Shown here one piece after another: positions 51,934 through 62,047 of a stretch of 64,000 nt of DNA. The position numbers were made by a program, and so were the translations under genes. The notes beneath the pieces were generated by a model, which searched no databases, was not told the DNA's origin, and saw nothing but the letters and a program-made list of their open reading frames with translations. Positions within the stretch are counted from its first letter, which is position 1. Every line of letters begins with the position of its first letter. This DNA comes from Candidatus Latescibacterota bacterium. Its GTDB lineage: Bacteria; Latescibacterota; UBA2968; GCA-2709665. The stretch is taken from assembly GCA_965205485.1 (NCBI GenBank), contig OZ242180.1, positions 1,952,001-2,016,000 on the forward strand, in the 5' to 3' direction.

Positions 51934-54009
51934 ATGAGGAACGTATACGGCAGCGTCCTGCTGGCGATACTCGCATTGTCAACTGTCTGTCCGGTCGCGG
52001 AAGGCGGTGAGACATCGGTCGCGATTGTCACCGGTGAAGTCCGGGATCCGGTCTCGCGGGAAATCACGTTCAGGTTCGACACGCCGACGGCGTTGGGCAG
52101 GAAGGTGGAGCGGAAAGTGACCCTGGACAGCCGGAACCGCTTCGCCCTGGAAATTCCCGTTGTCCGTGGGACCCTGGTAAGGGGAAGTTACAAGGGGAGA
52201 AGCATACCATGGAAATGGGTGCGGCAGGCCGCGTCGTACGTCTTCAAGCCGGGTCCACTCGTGCTGTATGTCGAACCCGGTGACAGCCTGCATATCAGGA
52301 TCCATCCCGGTCGTCTCAATACCACTTACCGGTTCAGCGGCCGGAACGCGGATAACAACCGCTTTATTGCCGAATGGTACCCCCGGTTTCCGGATTTCCA
52401 ACGGAAAATCAGGGATGCCAGGGATGCGGAGGCGGGAGACTTTGCACGTCTGGCGGACGGATGGCGCGCGGACCAGAATGAATTCCTGAACCGGCGGCGC
52501 ACGAGATACGCGTTATCGCCCGGATTCATCGAACATGCGGAGCGCTATTTCAACTATACGTACGCGTTCCTGATGATCTCATACCCTACCAATTACCGGT
52601 TTGCCACGGGCCTTGAGAACAAGAATATCCCACCTGACTTCTATGACTTTCTTAAACAAATCCCGCTGGCCGATGAGAAGGCGATTGGCGTGGAACCGTA
52701 TTCAACCTACCTGGTTCGGACAATGGATCTGGAAATGGTGAAGATGCCCAGGTCGACAGAGTTGTCCGACCTGTACGATTTGACCAGCCTGGAGCTGTCA
52801 AGGGAGACTCTCGCCGGACTGGATTCCCTCTACGCGCGGTTCGGGTGGCATCCCAGCCTGTCGAAGATGATAGACCTGTCAACGTTGGGTCTGCCAGGAG
52901 ATGTTGAAACCAGACTCGACTCATTGTACGCCTCCAGGGGAAGACCCCGGCTTTCTCAGATGTTCGATCTTGCGAAAATGGGCTTGTCGGAAACGGCCCG
53001 GACAGAGATCGACTCCTTCTATGCGAAGAGCGATGGATCTTACAGGATTGTCACTTCAAAGGAACTGAAAGAGCCAAAGATCGATACGACGGATGGCGCG
53101 CTGGTCTTCAGGGTGCCCAATAAGGACGGTGCAGCGTCCCCGGATGGATTGAAGTCGTTCGAAAAGACACCGAAATTGTCGGAAATGGTGGATCTATCGG
53201 GATTGGACCTGTCGCCTGGGATCGGCGCACATCTGGACTCTCTCTACGATAACCGCCGACCGCTCAGGCTGTCCGACAAGCTGGATCTCGCGGGCCTGGG
53301 ATTGTCGCAGGCGGCGCAGACAACGCTCGATTCGATTTATGCGATTAAGACCCGGACGATATCAATGCTGCCACGCACGTTCAATTTGGCGGAGAAGAAG
53401 CTGAACGGGAGGGTGCGCTATTGGTTTCTGGCTGGACGACTGATCAGTGGTTTCCAGGGCGGAGGCGCGAGCTTCGCTGTGGTCAACCGTATGTGGAAGG
53501 ACTTCCAGGCGACCAACCCCTACCCGGAATACAACGCGGCGGTCCTGGCGGCGCTGGACAAGGCGATGGCGCTGCAACCCGGGCGTCCGGCGCCGGATTT
53601 CACATTGACGGACCTGGACGGTCAACCGGTGTCTCTGAGCCAGTTCAGGGGCAAGGTGGTCCTCCTGGATTTCTGGGCGAGTTGGTGCGGACCGTGCATC
53701 GCCAACCTGCCGTCCATCAGGAATTTAAAGAAGAAAACCACCGATTTACCGTTGGTTTTCCTCAACCTTTCACTGGACTCGAGTGACGCCGCATGGCGCA
53801 AGGCCATCGAAGAACACGGGATCGAAGGGGTGCACGTGCGCTCCGGGGCGTCCGGTTCCGGCCCCGCCGTCGACTACAACGTTCGCGGGATACCGGCCTA
53901 TTTCCTGGTGGATCCGAAGGGAATGGTCCTGGAGCGGCTGGACGGATTGGAAATTCGCGATACGGATGGCGTGGTCGCAAAGATCCTGAAGAGCCTGGGC
54001 TCGGTCTGA
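51934..54009 (+). CDS. Exported TlpA/redoxin protein with internal ~31-aa repeats
   Basis: Signal peptide; C-terminal PAPDFTL..LLDFWASWCGPC..GIP. Confidence 0.85.
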   Translation: MRNVYGSVLLAILALSTVCPVAEGGETSVAIVTGEVRDPVSREITFRFDTPTALGRKVERKVTLDSRNRFALEIPVVRGTLVRGSYKGRSIPWKWVRQAASYVFKPGPLVLYVEPGDSLHIRIHPGRLNTTYRFSGRNADNNRFIAEWYPRFPDFQRKIRDARDAEAGDFARLADGWRADQNEFLNRRRTRYALSPGFIEHAERYFNYTYAFLMISYPTNYRFATGLENKNIPPDFYDFLKQIPLADEKAIGVEPYSTYLVRTMDLEMVKMPRSTELSDLYDLTSLELSRETLAGLDSLYARFGWHPSLSKMIDLSTLGLPGDVETRLDSLYASRGRPRLSQMFDLAKMGLSETARTEIDSFYAKSDGSYRIVTSKELKEPKIDTTDGALVFRVPNKDGAASPDGLKSFEKTPKLSEMVDLSGLDLSPGIGAHLDSLYDNRRPLRLSDKLDLAGLGLSQAAQTTLDSIYAIKTRTISMLPRTFNLAEKKLNGRVRYWFLAGRLISGFQGGGASFAVVNRMWKDFQATNPYPEYNAAVLAALDKAMALQPGRPAPDFTLTDLDGQPVSLSQFRGKVVLLDFWASWCGPCIANLPSIRNLKKKTTDLPLVFLNLSLDSSDAAWRKAIEEHGIEGVHVRSGASGSGPAVDYNVRGIPAYFLVDPKGMVLERLDGLEIRDTDGVVAKILKSLGSV

Positions 54010-54084
54010 ACATCTCCCTTTTGTGTCAACGGTGGCGTCCGGCTCGCGGACGAGTACGGCATCGACAGGGTCGCAAGCGTAAAC

Positions 54085-54124
54085 AAAGGATCGGCAGCTT
54101 TCAGGCTGCCGATCCTTTAATTTT
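54085..54124. terminator. Intrinsic terminator
   Basis: AAAGGATCGGCAGC-N6-GCTGCCGATCCTTT followed by a T-rich tract; lies between convergent genes. Confidence 0.85.
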
Positions 54125-54222
54125 GCCTTGATTCGTGATTATTGGGGGACCTGAATGAAGAACAATCGCGAATTGACGTCAAAGTTCCCAGATACGTCAG
54201 GTCACCGGACGTGAAAGGAAAT
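54121..54222. repeat. Dispersed intergenic repeat, copy 2 of the 17255 family
   Basis: CCTTGATTCG...GGGGACCTGAATG...GCGAATTGACGT. Confidence 0.7.
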
Positions 54223-54387
54223 TTCATCCACTTGTACGACCTCGATGCCCCGCTCTTGCGCTGCTTCCTTCTGTGTCTTTTGTGCTTTTTGTGGTAAGTC
54301 TTGCCGTTGCCTTTCTTCGGATTAAGGTTAGTTGCCAGGTCATTGCAGAATCTTCGAGTCCAGGCTTGCGAAATCCGGCCTCCTCGT

Positions 54388-57300
54388 TCAATCGTCCGCA
54401 GCCGTGGACTCCGCTACGGATTGCGCCTGCCCGTTGCCGCCGTGGGTTTCGTGGTCCAGCCTGACCGATACCAGCCTGGACACCCCCGGTTCTTCCATCG
54501 TAATCCCGTGCAGACAGTCCGCCGCGTCCATCGTCACCTTGTTGTGGGTCACCACGATGAACTGGGTGTCGGCCGCGAACCGCTTGAGGACACGCACGAA
54601 ACGGGTGACGTTGGCATCGTCCAGAGGAGCGTCGACCTCATCGAGGATGCAGAAAGGGCTGGGCTTGACCAGGTAGATCGCGAACAGGAGCGCAATCGCG
54701 GTGAGCGCCCGCTCTCCGCCTGAGAGCAGGTTGATGTGCTGGAGCCGCTTGCCTTTCGGGCGGGCGATGATCTCCAGCGGCGCCTCCAGCGGGTCCTCGT
54801 CCGGGGGCATCAGGAGATCCGCCTGACCTCCGTCGAAGAACGCCTCGAAAGTCTTCCGGAAGTTCTGCTTGATCTGATCGAACGTAACCATGAACCGGCC
54901 GCGGGCCGTCCTGTCGATGCGGGAAATGGTCCGCTGAAGGGTTTCGGCCGCCTCGAGCAGATCGCTCCGGTGTTTCGACATGAACTCGTGATGTTTTTTC
55001 TGGTCCTCGTACTCTTCCACGGCGCCCGGATTCACCGGACCCATCCGCCGGATCCGCTCGCGAAGCTCGTCTCTTTGCACTTCCGTTACGTCTGCATTGA
55101 ACTCCGGATCGTCCAGTGCGCCCGCTTCTCTGACGTCCACGTCGTACTCATCCAGAATTCGCGCCCGCAGGGCCTCGGCCCCGGTTCTCAGTTCCGCCAT
55201 CTCCGCCTGAAGCTGACCCAAACGGTCCCTGTTCCGATTCGCACGACGGTTCTTGTCCCGCACTTCCTCTTCGAGCTGGCGGGTATCCGTCAACAACGCC
55301 TGCTGGCGTTCCGCCTGCGTGTCCCGCTTCGATTCCAGTTCGTCCTGCCTGCGATGCAGGGTCTCCAGTTCCTTCCCGGATTCCTGCGCCGCCTTCTCCA
55401 GGCCGAGTCTTTCCTTTCGTCGTTCCTCGCAGTCGGCGACCAGTCGTGTCATCTCCTTCTCGGTTTCGGTCAGGTCCCGCGCCCACCGTTGCCCTTCGTG
55501 TTCGTGACGGTCCACGCTGGCTGTCAGCGATGCGATCTCCACCTGCCGGCCTGAGAACGCGTCCTGCCCGGCCCGCTGCTGATGTTCCTGCTCCCGCAAC
55601 GCAGCGTCCACGTCACCCGTAGCCGCTTCCAACCGCTCCCGGCGTTTCTCCAGCACGTTCAATTCCGCCGCCTCGGAAGCGATGGCTTCCCTCAGCCCGG
55701 TTTCGTCGGACGTCACCGCCGCGATTTCATCCCGCAATTCCACCTCCACGCGCAACTGTCGCTGCTCTTCCTCCCGGGCAATCTGCAGGTCCCTGCGGCT
55801 TGCGGCCAGGCGGTTGTTCAGGTCCGCAAGAATCCCGTCGGTTTCGTCGATACGGGCCTGTAATTCGTCCCGCGATGCAGTGGTCTCCTCGAGCCTCGTA
55901 TCCAGCGACTGCAGGTCCGCGCCCGCGGTGCTCAGGTTTGCTTCCAGCGTCTCAATCTCCTGCCTGCGCCCTATCAGGCCCGTTCCATCCTTGGCCGTCT
56001 TACCCCCGTAAATCGTACCGTCGGCTGAGAACAACTCGCCGTTCTCGGTCACCAGGTCCACGCCGAGAGACCTCATTTCATCCAGCAGCACAAGCGCGTA
56101 CCCGGCATTTTTCACCACCAGCGTCCGGTGAAGCAGCGCGTGAACCGGAGATTCCTCGCCGTGCAGGAGATCCGACGCCCTGCCCACCACGCCTTCCGCA
56201 TCCGGCGCCGACCACGGCGCGTCGTTACCGTTCGAAAGGGAGTCCAGCGGCAAAAACGCCGCTGATCCGAGGTCGCCTGACTGCAGGTAGTCGATGGCTT
56301 TCAATGCATCTGCCGGTTCGTCCACCAGAAGACATTCCAGCGCACGACCCAGGGCAGCTTCGATGGCGGTCGCGTATCGCCCGTCCACTTCAATCCGGTC
56401 TGCAACCACGCCGCGCACGCGATCGGCAAATGGAGATTCCACCGCCAGCGCGCGGACGCCGCTCGAATACCCCTCGAATCCCTCCCGAAGCTTCTTCAGC
56501 AGTCCGATCCTCGCATCGTCGGCCTCCCTTATGGCCAGCAACCGGCTGCGCTCTTCCGTCATCTCCTCCTGTCGTTCGATCAGCTGCTCGTACTTTGCGG
56601 CGTCAGTCTCCCTCAGCCGGCTCCTGTCGGCCACGGCGCGTTCCAGGCGATCGATCTGTCGTTCCGCTTCGCGGCTTGCGGCGTCCGCCGCCTCCTTGCG
56701 AAGCGCCGACTGCTTTGCATCGGCTTCGAGTCTGGCCTGGCGTTGTGTGATTCCCTCTAGTCTTGCCCGTCCGCGTTCCAACCGGCCGCTTCCTTCACTG
56801 AGTTCGCCCAGGGCGCTTATCAATTGGGACTTTTGTTCATCCGCACGGGTTCTCCGTGCGTCAAGCGCCTGGTTCGCCGCCTCCAGTTTGCCGCGCTCGG
56901 CCTCCAATGCGCGTTCCGCGTGTTGGTATGCCCCACGCGCCTCCGCCTCCAGCCGGCGTGCCTCTGCTGCTTCCTTCCGTGCAATATCCCGCCGGCGCGT
57001 CATGTCTTCCTTTCGCCGGGCCGCCTGCTTCAGGAAGGCGTCAATCGATCGGATTCTCTCCTGCGCTACCTGGATATGCGTGTCTTTCCTGTGTACGAGT
57101 TGACTCTGGCTGCTCACTTCCGCGTTCGCTTCTCTGAGCGCACGATCGCGTTCGGACAGTTCCGTCCGGACCTCTTCGAGGCGCGCTTCCAGGCGCGTGA
57201 CGTCTCCGGCGGCCACCTCGACGTCCTCTTTCAGGAACGCCATCTCATCCGCGACCGGGCGGGACCTATCGGACATCTGAAAGAACCGTTGTCGTCCGAG

Positions 57301-57984
57301 CCGGACTTCAAGGTCCTTCATCTGGTCGGATAGCTGCATATAGAGACGGGCTTTCCGCTCCTGCCTGGCGAGCGACTTCACCTGGCGCTCGACTTCCGCC
57401 ATGACGGCATCCACAGTCTGCAGATCCCTGCGGACGGACTCCAGTCGGTTCCACGCCGCCCGGCGCTGCACTTTGTACCGCGTTACCCCCGCCGCCTCCT
57501 CGAACAGCCGCCGCCTTTCTTCCGGTTTGTCGCTGATGATCTCATCCATCATCCCCTGCTCGATGACGGAATAGGCATGGGCGCCCAGCCCTGTATCCAT
57601 CAGCAGATTTTGAATATCCTTCAACCTGCAGGGGACCTTGTTGAGCAGATAGTCGCTGTCTCCGGACCGGAACAGCCGGCGGGTCACGGTCACTTCGGTG
57701 TAGTCAACAGGAAGAATCCGTTCCTCGTTGTCGATGGTGATGGATACCTCGGCCATGCCCAGCGGTTTCCGGTTCCGCGTTCCCGAAAAAATCACGTCTT
57801 CCATATTGTTGCTGCGCAACGACCGGACCCGCTGCTCGCCCAGCGCCCAGCGCAGGGCATCCACCACGTTGGATTTGCCGCAGCCGTTGGGGCCAACGAC
57901 GCAGGTAATGCCCTTCTGCAGCGAGAGATCCAGCTGTTGCACGAAGGACTTGAAGCCCAATGCCGTCAGTCGGGAAAGGTACAA
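54388..57984 (-). CDS. smc: Chromosome segregation protein SMC
   Basis: GFKSF, GPNGCGKSN, coiled coils, hinge, LSGGE, ILDEVDAPLD; TTG start with GGAGG RBS. Confidence 0.97.
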   Translation of the reverse strand: MYLSRLTALGFKSFVQQLDLSLQKGITCVVGPNGCGKSNVVDALRWALGEQRVRSLRSNNMEDVIFSGTRNRKPLGMAEVSITIDNEERILPVDYTEVTVTRRLFRSGDSDYLLNKVPCRLKDIQNLLMDTGLGAHAYSVIEQGMMDEIISDKPEERRRLFEEAAGVTRYKVQRRAAWNRLESVRRDLQTVDAVMAEVERQVKSLARQERKARLYMQLSDQMKDLEVRLGRQRFFQMSDRSRPVADEMAFLKEDVEVAAGDVTRLEARLEEVRTELSERDRALREANAEVSSQSQLVHRKDTHIQVAQERIRSIDAFLKQAARRKEDMTRRRDIARKEAAEARRLEAEARGAYQHAERALEAERGKLEAANQALDARRTRADEQKSQLISALGELSEGSGRLERGRARLEGITQRQARLEADAKQSALRKEAADAASREAERQIDRLERAVADRSRLRETDAAKYEQLIERQEEMTEERSRLLAIREADDARIGLLKKLREGFEGYSSGVRALAVESPFADRVRGVVADRIEVDGRYATAIEAALGRALECLLVDEPADALKAIDYLQSGDLGSAAFLPLDSLSNGNDAPWSAPDAEGVVGRASDLLHGEESPVHALLHRTLVVKNAGYALVLLDEMRSLGVDLVTENGELFSADGTIYGGKTAKDGTGLIGRRQEIETLEANLSTAGADLQSLDTRLEETTASRDELQARIDETDGILADLNNRLAASRRDLQIAREEEQRQLRVEVELRDEIAAVTSDETGLREAIASEAAELNVLEKRRERLEAATGDVDAALREQEHQQRAGQDAFSGRQVEIASLTASVDRHEHEGQRWARDLTETEKEMTRLVADCEERRKERLGLEKAAQESGKELETLHRRQDELESKRDTQAERQQALLTDTRQLEEEVRDKNRRANRNRDRLGQLQAEMAELRTGAEALRARILDEYDVDVREAGALDDPEFNADVTEVQRDELRERIRRMGPVNPGAVEEYEDQKKHHEFMSKHRSDLLEAAETLQRTISRIDRTARGRFMVTFDQIKQNFRKTFEAFFDGGQADLLMPPDEDPLEAPLEIIARPKGKRLQHINLLSGGERALTAIALLFAIYLVKPSPFCILDEVDAPLDDANVTRFVRVLKRFAADTQFIVVTHNKVTMDAADCLHGITMEEPGVSRLVSVRLDHETHGGNGQAQSVAESTAADD

Positions 57985-58362
57985 AGTTCCGCCTCCTGAA
58001 GAACACAGCTTCCATGTCCGGATGCACGGGACGAATCGGACGTGGCGCGACAGCAAGGACAAATCGCAAGCAGCGCCGATCCGCCGTATCATAGCCCGGA
58101 CTGCACCGGACGCTCGCTATTGACCTGAAATAGCGAGTATTACAATGAAAGGGGAAAGATGGGGAGGTGAGGAATACGCAACAGATTGGGGAATAACCCG
58201 TTGCGGTGTCTGAAAAGTACTACATCTTGTAGCGGCCGTCAAGACCAAATTCCCTCTTGCAATATGGGTGGCCTTTCAACACCGGCTTTTTTGATTTCCA
58301 ACCGCCGGTTTTTGGCTTACTTTATCGGATCGTACGCGCGGCCCCTATTTCGGAAACCCCTT

Positions 58363-59541
58363 ATGAACTGCGCTTTCTCCGATCCTATCGCCAGAGTCGA
58401 AAAGGTCGTCCTCCACGGCAGGCGGCCGCGTTCCATCGGGCGGAACGCGCGTATCGGCGACCATGGCCCGGCCGTCACCGATCCGGTCGTGCGCATCTCC
58501 ACGGCGGGCGGCGCCGTGGGCGTCGGCTGGTCTTCCCTGGACAGGGATCGCGCCGAAGCGCTGCTCGGCGTGCGCCCATCGGATCTTTTCGATCTTCCCG
58601 GCGGGTCAACCGGCGACGGCGCGGCCATCGATCTTCCACTGTGGGATCTGGCCGCCAGATGTGAAGGGGTGCCCATGTATCAGCTCCTGGGCGCGCGCGG
58701 TTCGCGCGAAGTCGAACTCTACGACGGCTCCATCTATATCGACGACCTGGGGGTTTCCGACAGCGAAGCGAGGAGGATCTTCCACGAGGAAGTCCGAACC
58801 GGGCACGACGCCGGCTACCGCAATTTCAAAATCAAAATCGGCCGCGGCGCGCGCTGGATGCCGGTCCGGGAAGGTACGGACCGGGACGTGCTGGTGATCC
58901 ACGCCGTCCGGCAGGCCGCGGGACCGGATGCGAAAGTCCTGATTGACGCCAACAACGGAACCACGCTCAATATCGCTCTGGACATCCTCGAACGCTGCCG
59001 CGACGCCGGGATCTACTGGTTCGAAGAGCCGTTTCCTGAAGACCGGGCGTTCAATGAGGCATTTAAGGAAGCCATCGAACGTTGGGGCTACAATACGTTC
59101 GTGGCGGACGGCGAGTCCGGGCCGCCGCCGCCGGACTTCTTCGATATGGTCGAAAGTGGATGGATCGATATCGTACAGCACGATTTCCGTTACAAGGGGC
59201 TCACATGGTGGAAAGCCACCGCGGAACGCATCGAACCCTGGGGTGCGCAGTGCGCCCCCCACTGCTGGGGTAGCGTCATCGAGCGATACGCCCACGCCCA
59301 CTTCGCCGCTTCCGTTCCCAACTACAGCCTCCTGGAAGCCGCCCCCGCGGAGATGCCCGGCATCGCCCTGGACGGGTGGCGGATGAAAGACGGCAGGCTG
59401 ACCGTGCCCGATACGCCCGGCGCGGGATTCGACGTCGAAACGGACGTGCTGGAACGGGGCGTGACGTCGGATGGCGGATTTCGCATCGGCATGCACGATC
59501 GCCAGCGCCCCCGACGCCCTTCGCCGGCACGCGTATCCTGA
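58363..59541 (+). CDS. Mandelate racemase/muconate lactonizing enzyme (enolase superfamily) protein
   Basis: IDLPLWDL, KIKIG, DAN, WFEEP, DGE, PH. Confidence 0.85.
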   Translation: MNCAFSDPIARVEKVVLHGRRPRSIGRNARIGDHGPAVTDPVVRISTAGGAVGVGWSSLDRDRAEALLGVRPSDLFDLPGGSTGDGAAIDLPLWDLAARCEGVPMYQLLGARGSREVELYDGSIYIDDLGVSDSEARRIFHEEVRTGHDAGYRNFKIKIGRGARWMPVREGTDRDVLVIHAVRQAAGPDAKVLIDANNGTTLNIALDILERCRDAGIYWFEEPFPEDRAFNEAFKEAIERWGYNTFVADGESGPPPPDFFDMVESGWIDIVQHDFRYKGLTWWKATAERIEPWGAQCAPHCWGSVIERYAHAHFAASVPNYSLLEAAPAEMPGIALDGWRMKDGRLTVPDTPGAGFDVETDVLERGVTSDGGFRIGMHDRQRPRRPSPARVS

Positions 59542-59551
59542 AAGGAAGTGC

Positions 59552-60643
59552 ATGCCAACGTACAACATCGCGGTACTCCCAGGAGACGGCGTCGGGCCGG
59601 AAGTGGTCGCGGAGGCGCTCAAGGTGCTTCTGGCGCTCGAGGAACCGCATCCCGATCTCCGTTTCACATTTTCCGAACACCGGGTTGGCGCCGGGTGTTA
59701 CGCCGAAACCGGGGTTGACCTTCCGGAATCCACGCTCGAGGCCTGCAAGCAGGCCGACGCCGTGCTCTTCGGCTCAGCCGGCGACCCGGACATCCGGTTT
59801 CCCGACGGCACGGAAATCGCACCGCAACTCACGCTGCGCTTCGAGCTGGACCTGTACGCCGGGATACGGCCCATCAGGAAATACCGTGGCGTGCCTCCGC
59901 TTCTGGACGGAAACCCGCCCCTCGACTACGTCATCATGCGAGAGAATACCGAGGGCCTCTACGCCTCCCGAGGCGCCGGGGTCCGCCTCGGAGACAGCCT
60001 CGCCGTGGACAACATGGTCATCACCCGCGCCGGTACCGAGCGGATCGTCAGATACGCTTTTGAAATCGCAAAGCAACGGAAGGGGGCGCCGGCCGACGGC
60101 AGGAGCCGCGTGACGTCAGTGGACAAGGCCAACATTCTGAAGAGCATGGCTTTTTTCAGGCAGATCTACGACGAGGTCGCGGAATCCTATCCCGGCATCG
60201 AACGGGACTATGCCTACGTGGACGCATTCACGGTGTACCAGCTTCGCAACCCCGCCTGGTACGACGTTGTCGTCGCGGAGAATATGTTCGGAGACATCAT
60301 CTCGGACCTGGCCGCAGCAACCATCGGCGGGATGGGGATGGCGCCCTCGGCCGACGTCGGCGACCGCTACGGCGTCTTCCAGCCGTCCCACGGCACCGCG
60401 CCGGATATTGCCGGGAGCGGTACCGCCAATCCCATGGCACAGATCCTCTCCGCCGGGATGATGCTATCGTGGCTGGGCGCACGCCATGACGATACGGAAG
60501 CCATCGCTGCCTCGGAGACGATCGACCGCGCGGTTGATCTGGCGCTGGGCGATCCGAAGAACCACCCGGCCGATCTCGGAGGCGCCGCCGGGACAACGAA
60601 AGTGGGCGACGCGGTGGCCGATGCCGTCGCGAACCCGGGTTAA
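59552..60643 (+). CDS. Isocitrate/isopropylmalate/tartrate dehydrogenase family protein
   Basis: LPGDGVGPEV, RENTEGLY, VDKANIL, NMFGDIISD, HGTAPDIAG. Confidence 0.9.
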   Translation: MPTYNIAVLPGDGVGPEVVAEALKVLLALEEPHPDLRFTFSEHRVGAGCYAETGVDLPESTLEACKQADAVLFGSAGDPDIRFPDGTEIAPQLTLRFELDLYAGIRPIRKYRGVPPLLDGNPPLDYVIMRENTEGLYASRGAGVRLGDSLAVDNMVITRAGTERIVRYAFEIAKQRKGAPADGRSRVTSVDKANILKSMAFFRQIYDEVAESYPGIERDYAYVDAFTVYQLRNPAWYDVVVAENMFGDIISDLAAATIGGMGMAPSADVGDRYGVFQPSHGTAPDIAGSGTANPMAQILSAGMMLSWLGARHDDTEAIAASETIDRAVDLALGDPKNHPADLGGAAGTTKVGDAVADAVANPG

Positions 60644-60660
60644 TACACGAGGAAAATGCC

Positions 60661-61983
60661 ATGACTAAAAAAGAAAAGAGGAGTCTCGTCAATCGCGCCG
60701 TGGGCGCCGAGTCGAAACGGGCACGGGTACTTTCGAGTAAGGTGCACGCATGGGCGGAACGGCCCTTCCGCGAAGTCAAGTCCTCGCGGGCGATCGCCGA
60801 CTACCTGGATTCTCGCGGCTTCGAGGTCGATTTCCCTTTCAACAAGATTCCCACGGCGTTTCGCGCAACCCGGGGAACCGGAGAACCGGCGGTCGGCATG
60901 CTGGGCGAATACGACGCCCTGCCCAACTGCGGCCCCGAAGAAGGTCAATGGGGTCACGGCTGAGGCCATAACCTCCTGGGCGTTGCCCCGGCCGTGGGTG
61001 CGGTCGCCGCTGCGAAGATCCTCGAATCAACCGGAATATCGGGCAAAATCGTGTACTACGGCTGTCCGGCGGAGGAAACCCTGGGTGGCAAAGTCTACAT
61101 GGCCCGCGACGGCGCCTTCCGGGACCTGGACGTCTGCCTTGCGTGGCATCCGGGGGATGAATCGGGCGTCAACAATTTCGGCGGGTCGTCGTTGGACTCC
61201 CTCGTCTATGAGTTTTTCGGCCGCACGGCCCACGGCGCGTCAGCCCACCGGGGCCGCAGCGCGCTGGACGGGGTGATGCTCACGGACGTCGCCGCCAACT
61301 ATCTCCGCGAGCACGTCCCCGAAAACGTCAGGATCCATTCCGTGATCCGCGACGGAGGCGACGCACCCAACGTGGTGCCGGCCTATGCGAAGATCTGGTA
61401 CTTCGTTCGAGGCAAGGACCGCGCGCAGGTCGACGACGTGCGGGAACGCCTCACCGCCTGCGCCAGGGGCGCCGCCAGGGCGACCGATACGAAGATGAAA
61501 TGGTCGCGAATCACCGCCGTGTACCCGCGTCTGCCCAACAAGGCGATGTGTGAAATCGTCCGAAAGAACCTCAAACTCTTCGGGCCTCCCAAACCGACGG
61601 AAGCCGACGTGAAGCACGCCGAAGGCCTCGGCTACAAGAAAGGTTTCAACACGAAGATCGCCAAGGGCAGCGGCTCGCAGGGACGGGGATCCACGGACGA
61701 GGACAACGTATCCTGGCTGGCCCCGCTGGGACGCTTCGAGATGGTCTGTTACGCGAAGGGAACGCCCGGCCACCACCGGGATATGGCCGCGCAGGCTGCC
61801 CTGCCCTTCGCCGATCGTGCGGTCCGGCAGACCGCGAAAGTCTTCGCCGGAAGCGCGGTCGACCTCTGCCGGGACCCGGAAAAACTGAAAAAGGCGCGCG
61901 CGGAGTTCGAAAAACGCTCGGAAGGATTCACATACGACCCGCTGGTTCGCAAGAGGCAGAAAGTACCCGTCGATCCGCCGTAG
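60661..61983 (+). CDS. M20D amidohydrolase (AbgB-like), candidate selenoprotein; in-frame TGA at 60961-60963 is codon 101
   Basis: GEYDALP...GHG*GHNLLG, GCPAEE, WHP, G-TAH, GRSALD, PNVVP, GSTD; both halves in the same frame, 440 codons in total. Confidence 0.8.
60975..61008 (+). promoter_or_regulatory. Candidate bacterial SECIS hairpin
   Basis: Hand-folded stem-loop just 3' of the UGA with G-starting apical loop. Confidence 0.55.
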
Positions 61984-62047
61984 CGGGGTCTCAAAGCTGT
62001 CTGGTATTGATCCGACCCGAAAAAACCCTCAGCCAGGGACAAAACAC

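Noticed and set aside
59552..60643. Calling this gene leuB
   Set aside because: No leu context and a variant QPSHG motif; substrate cannot be assigned
60961..60963. Genome-wide TGA reassignment (codes 4/25) as the explanation of the in-frame TGA
   Set aside because: TGA ends genes at their expected C-termini here (pepA, ytrA, TlpA, tauE with ATGA overlap), and Trp or Gly would not replace the ligand Cys
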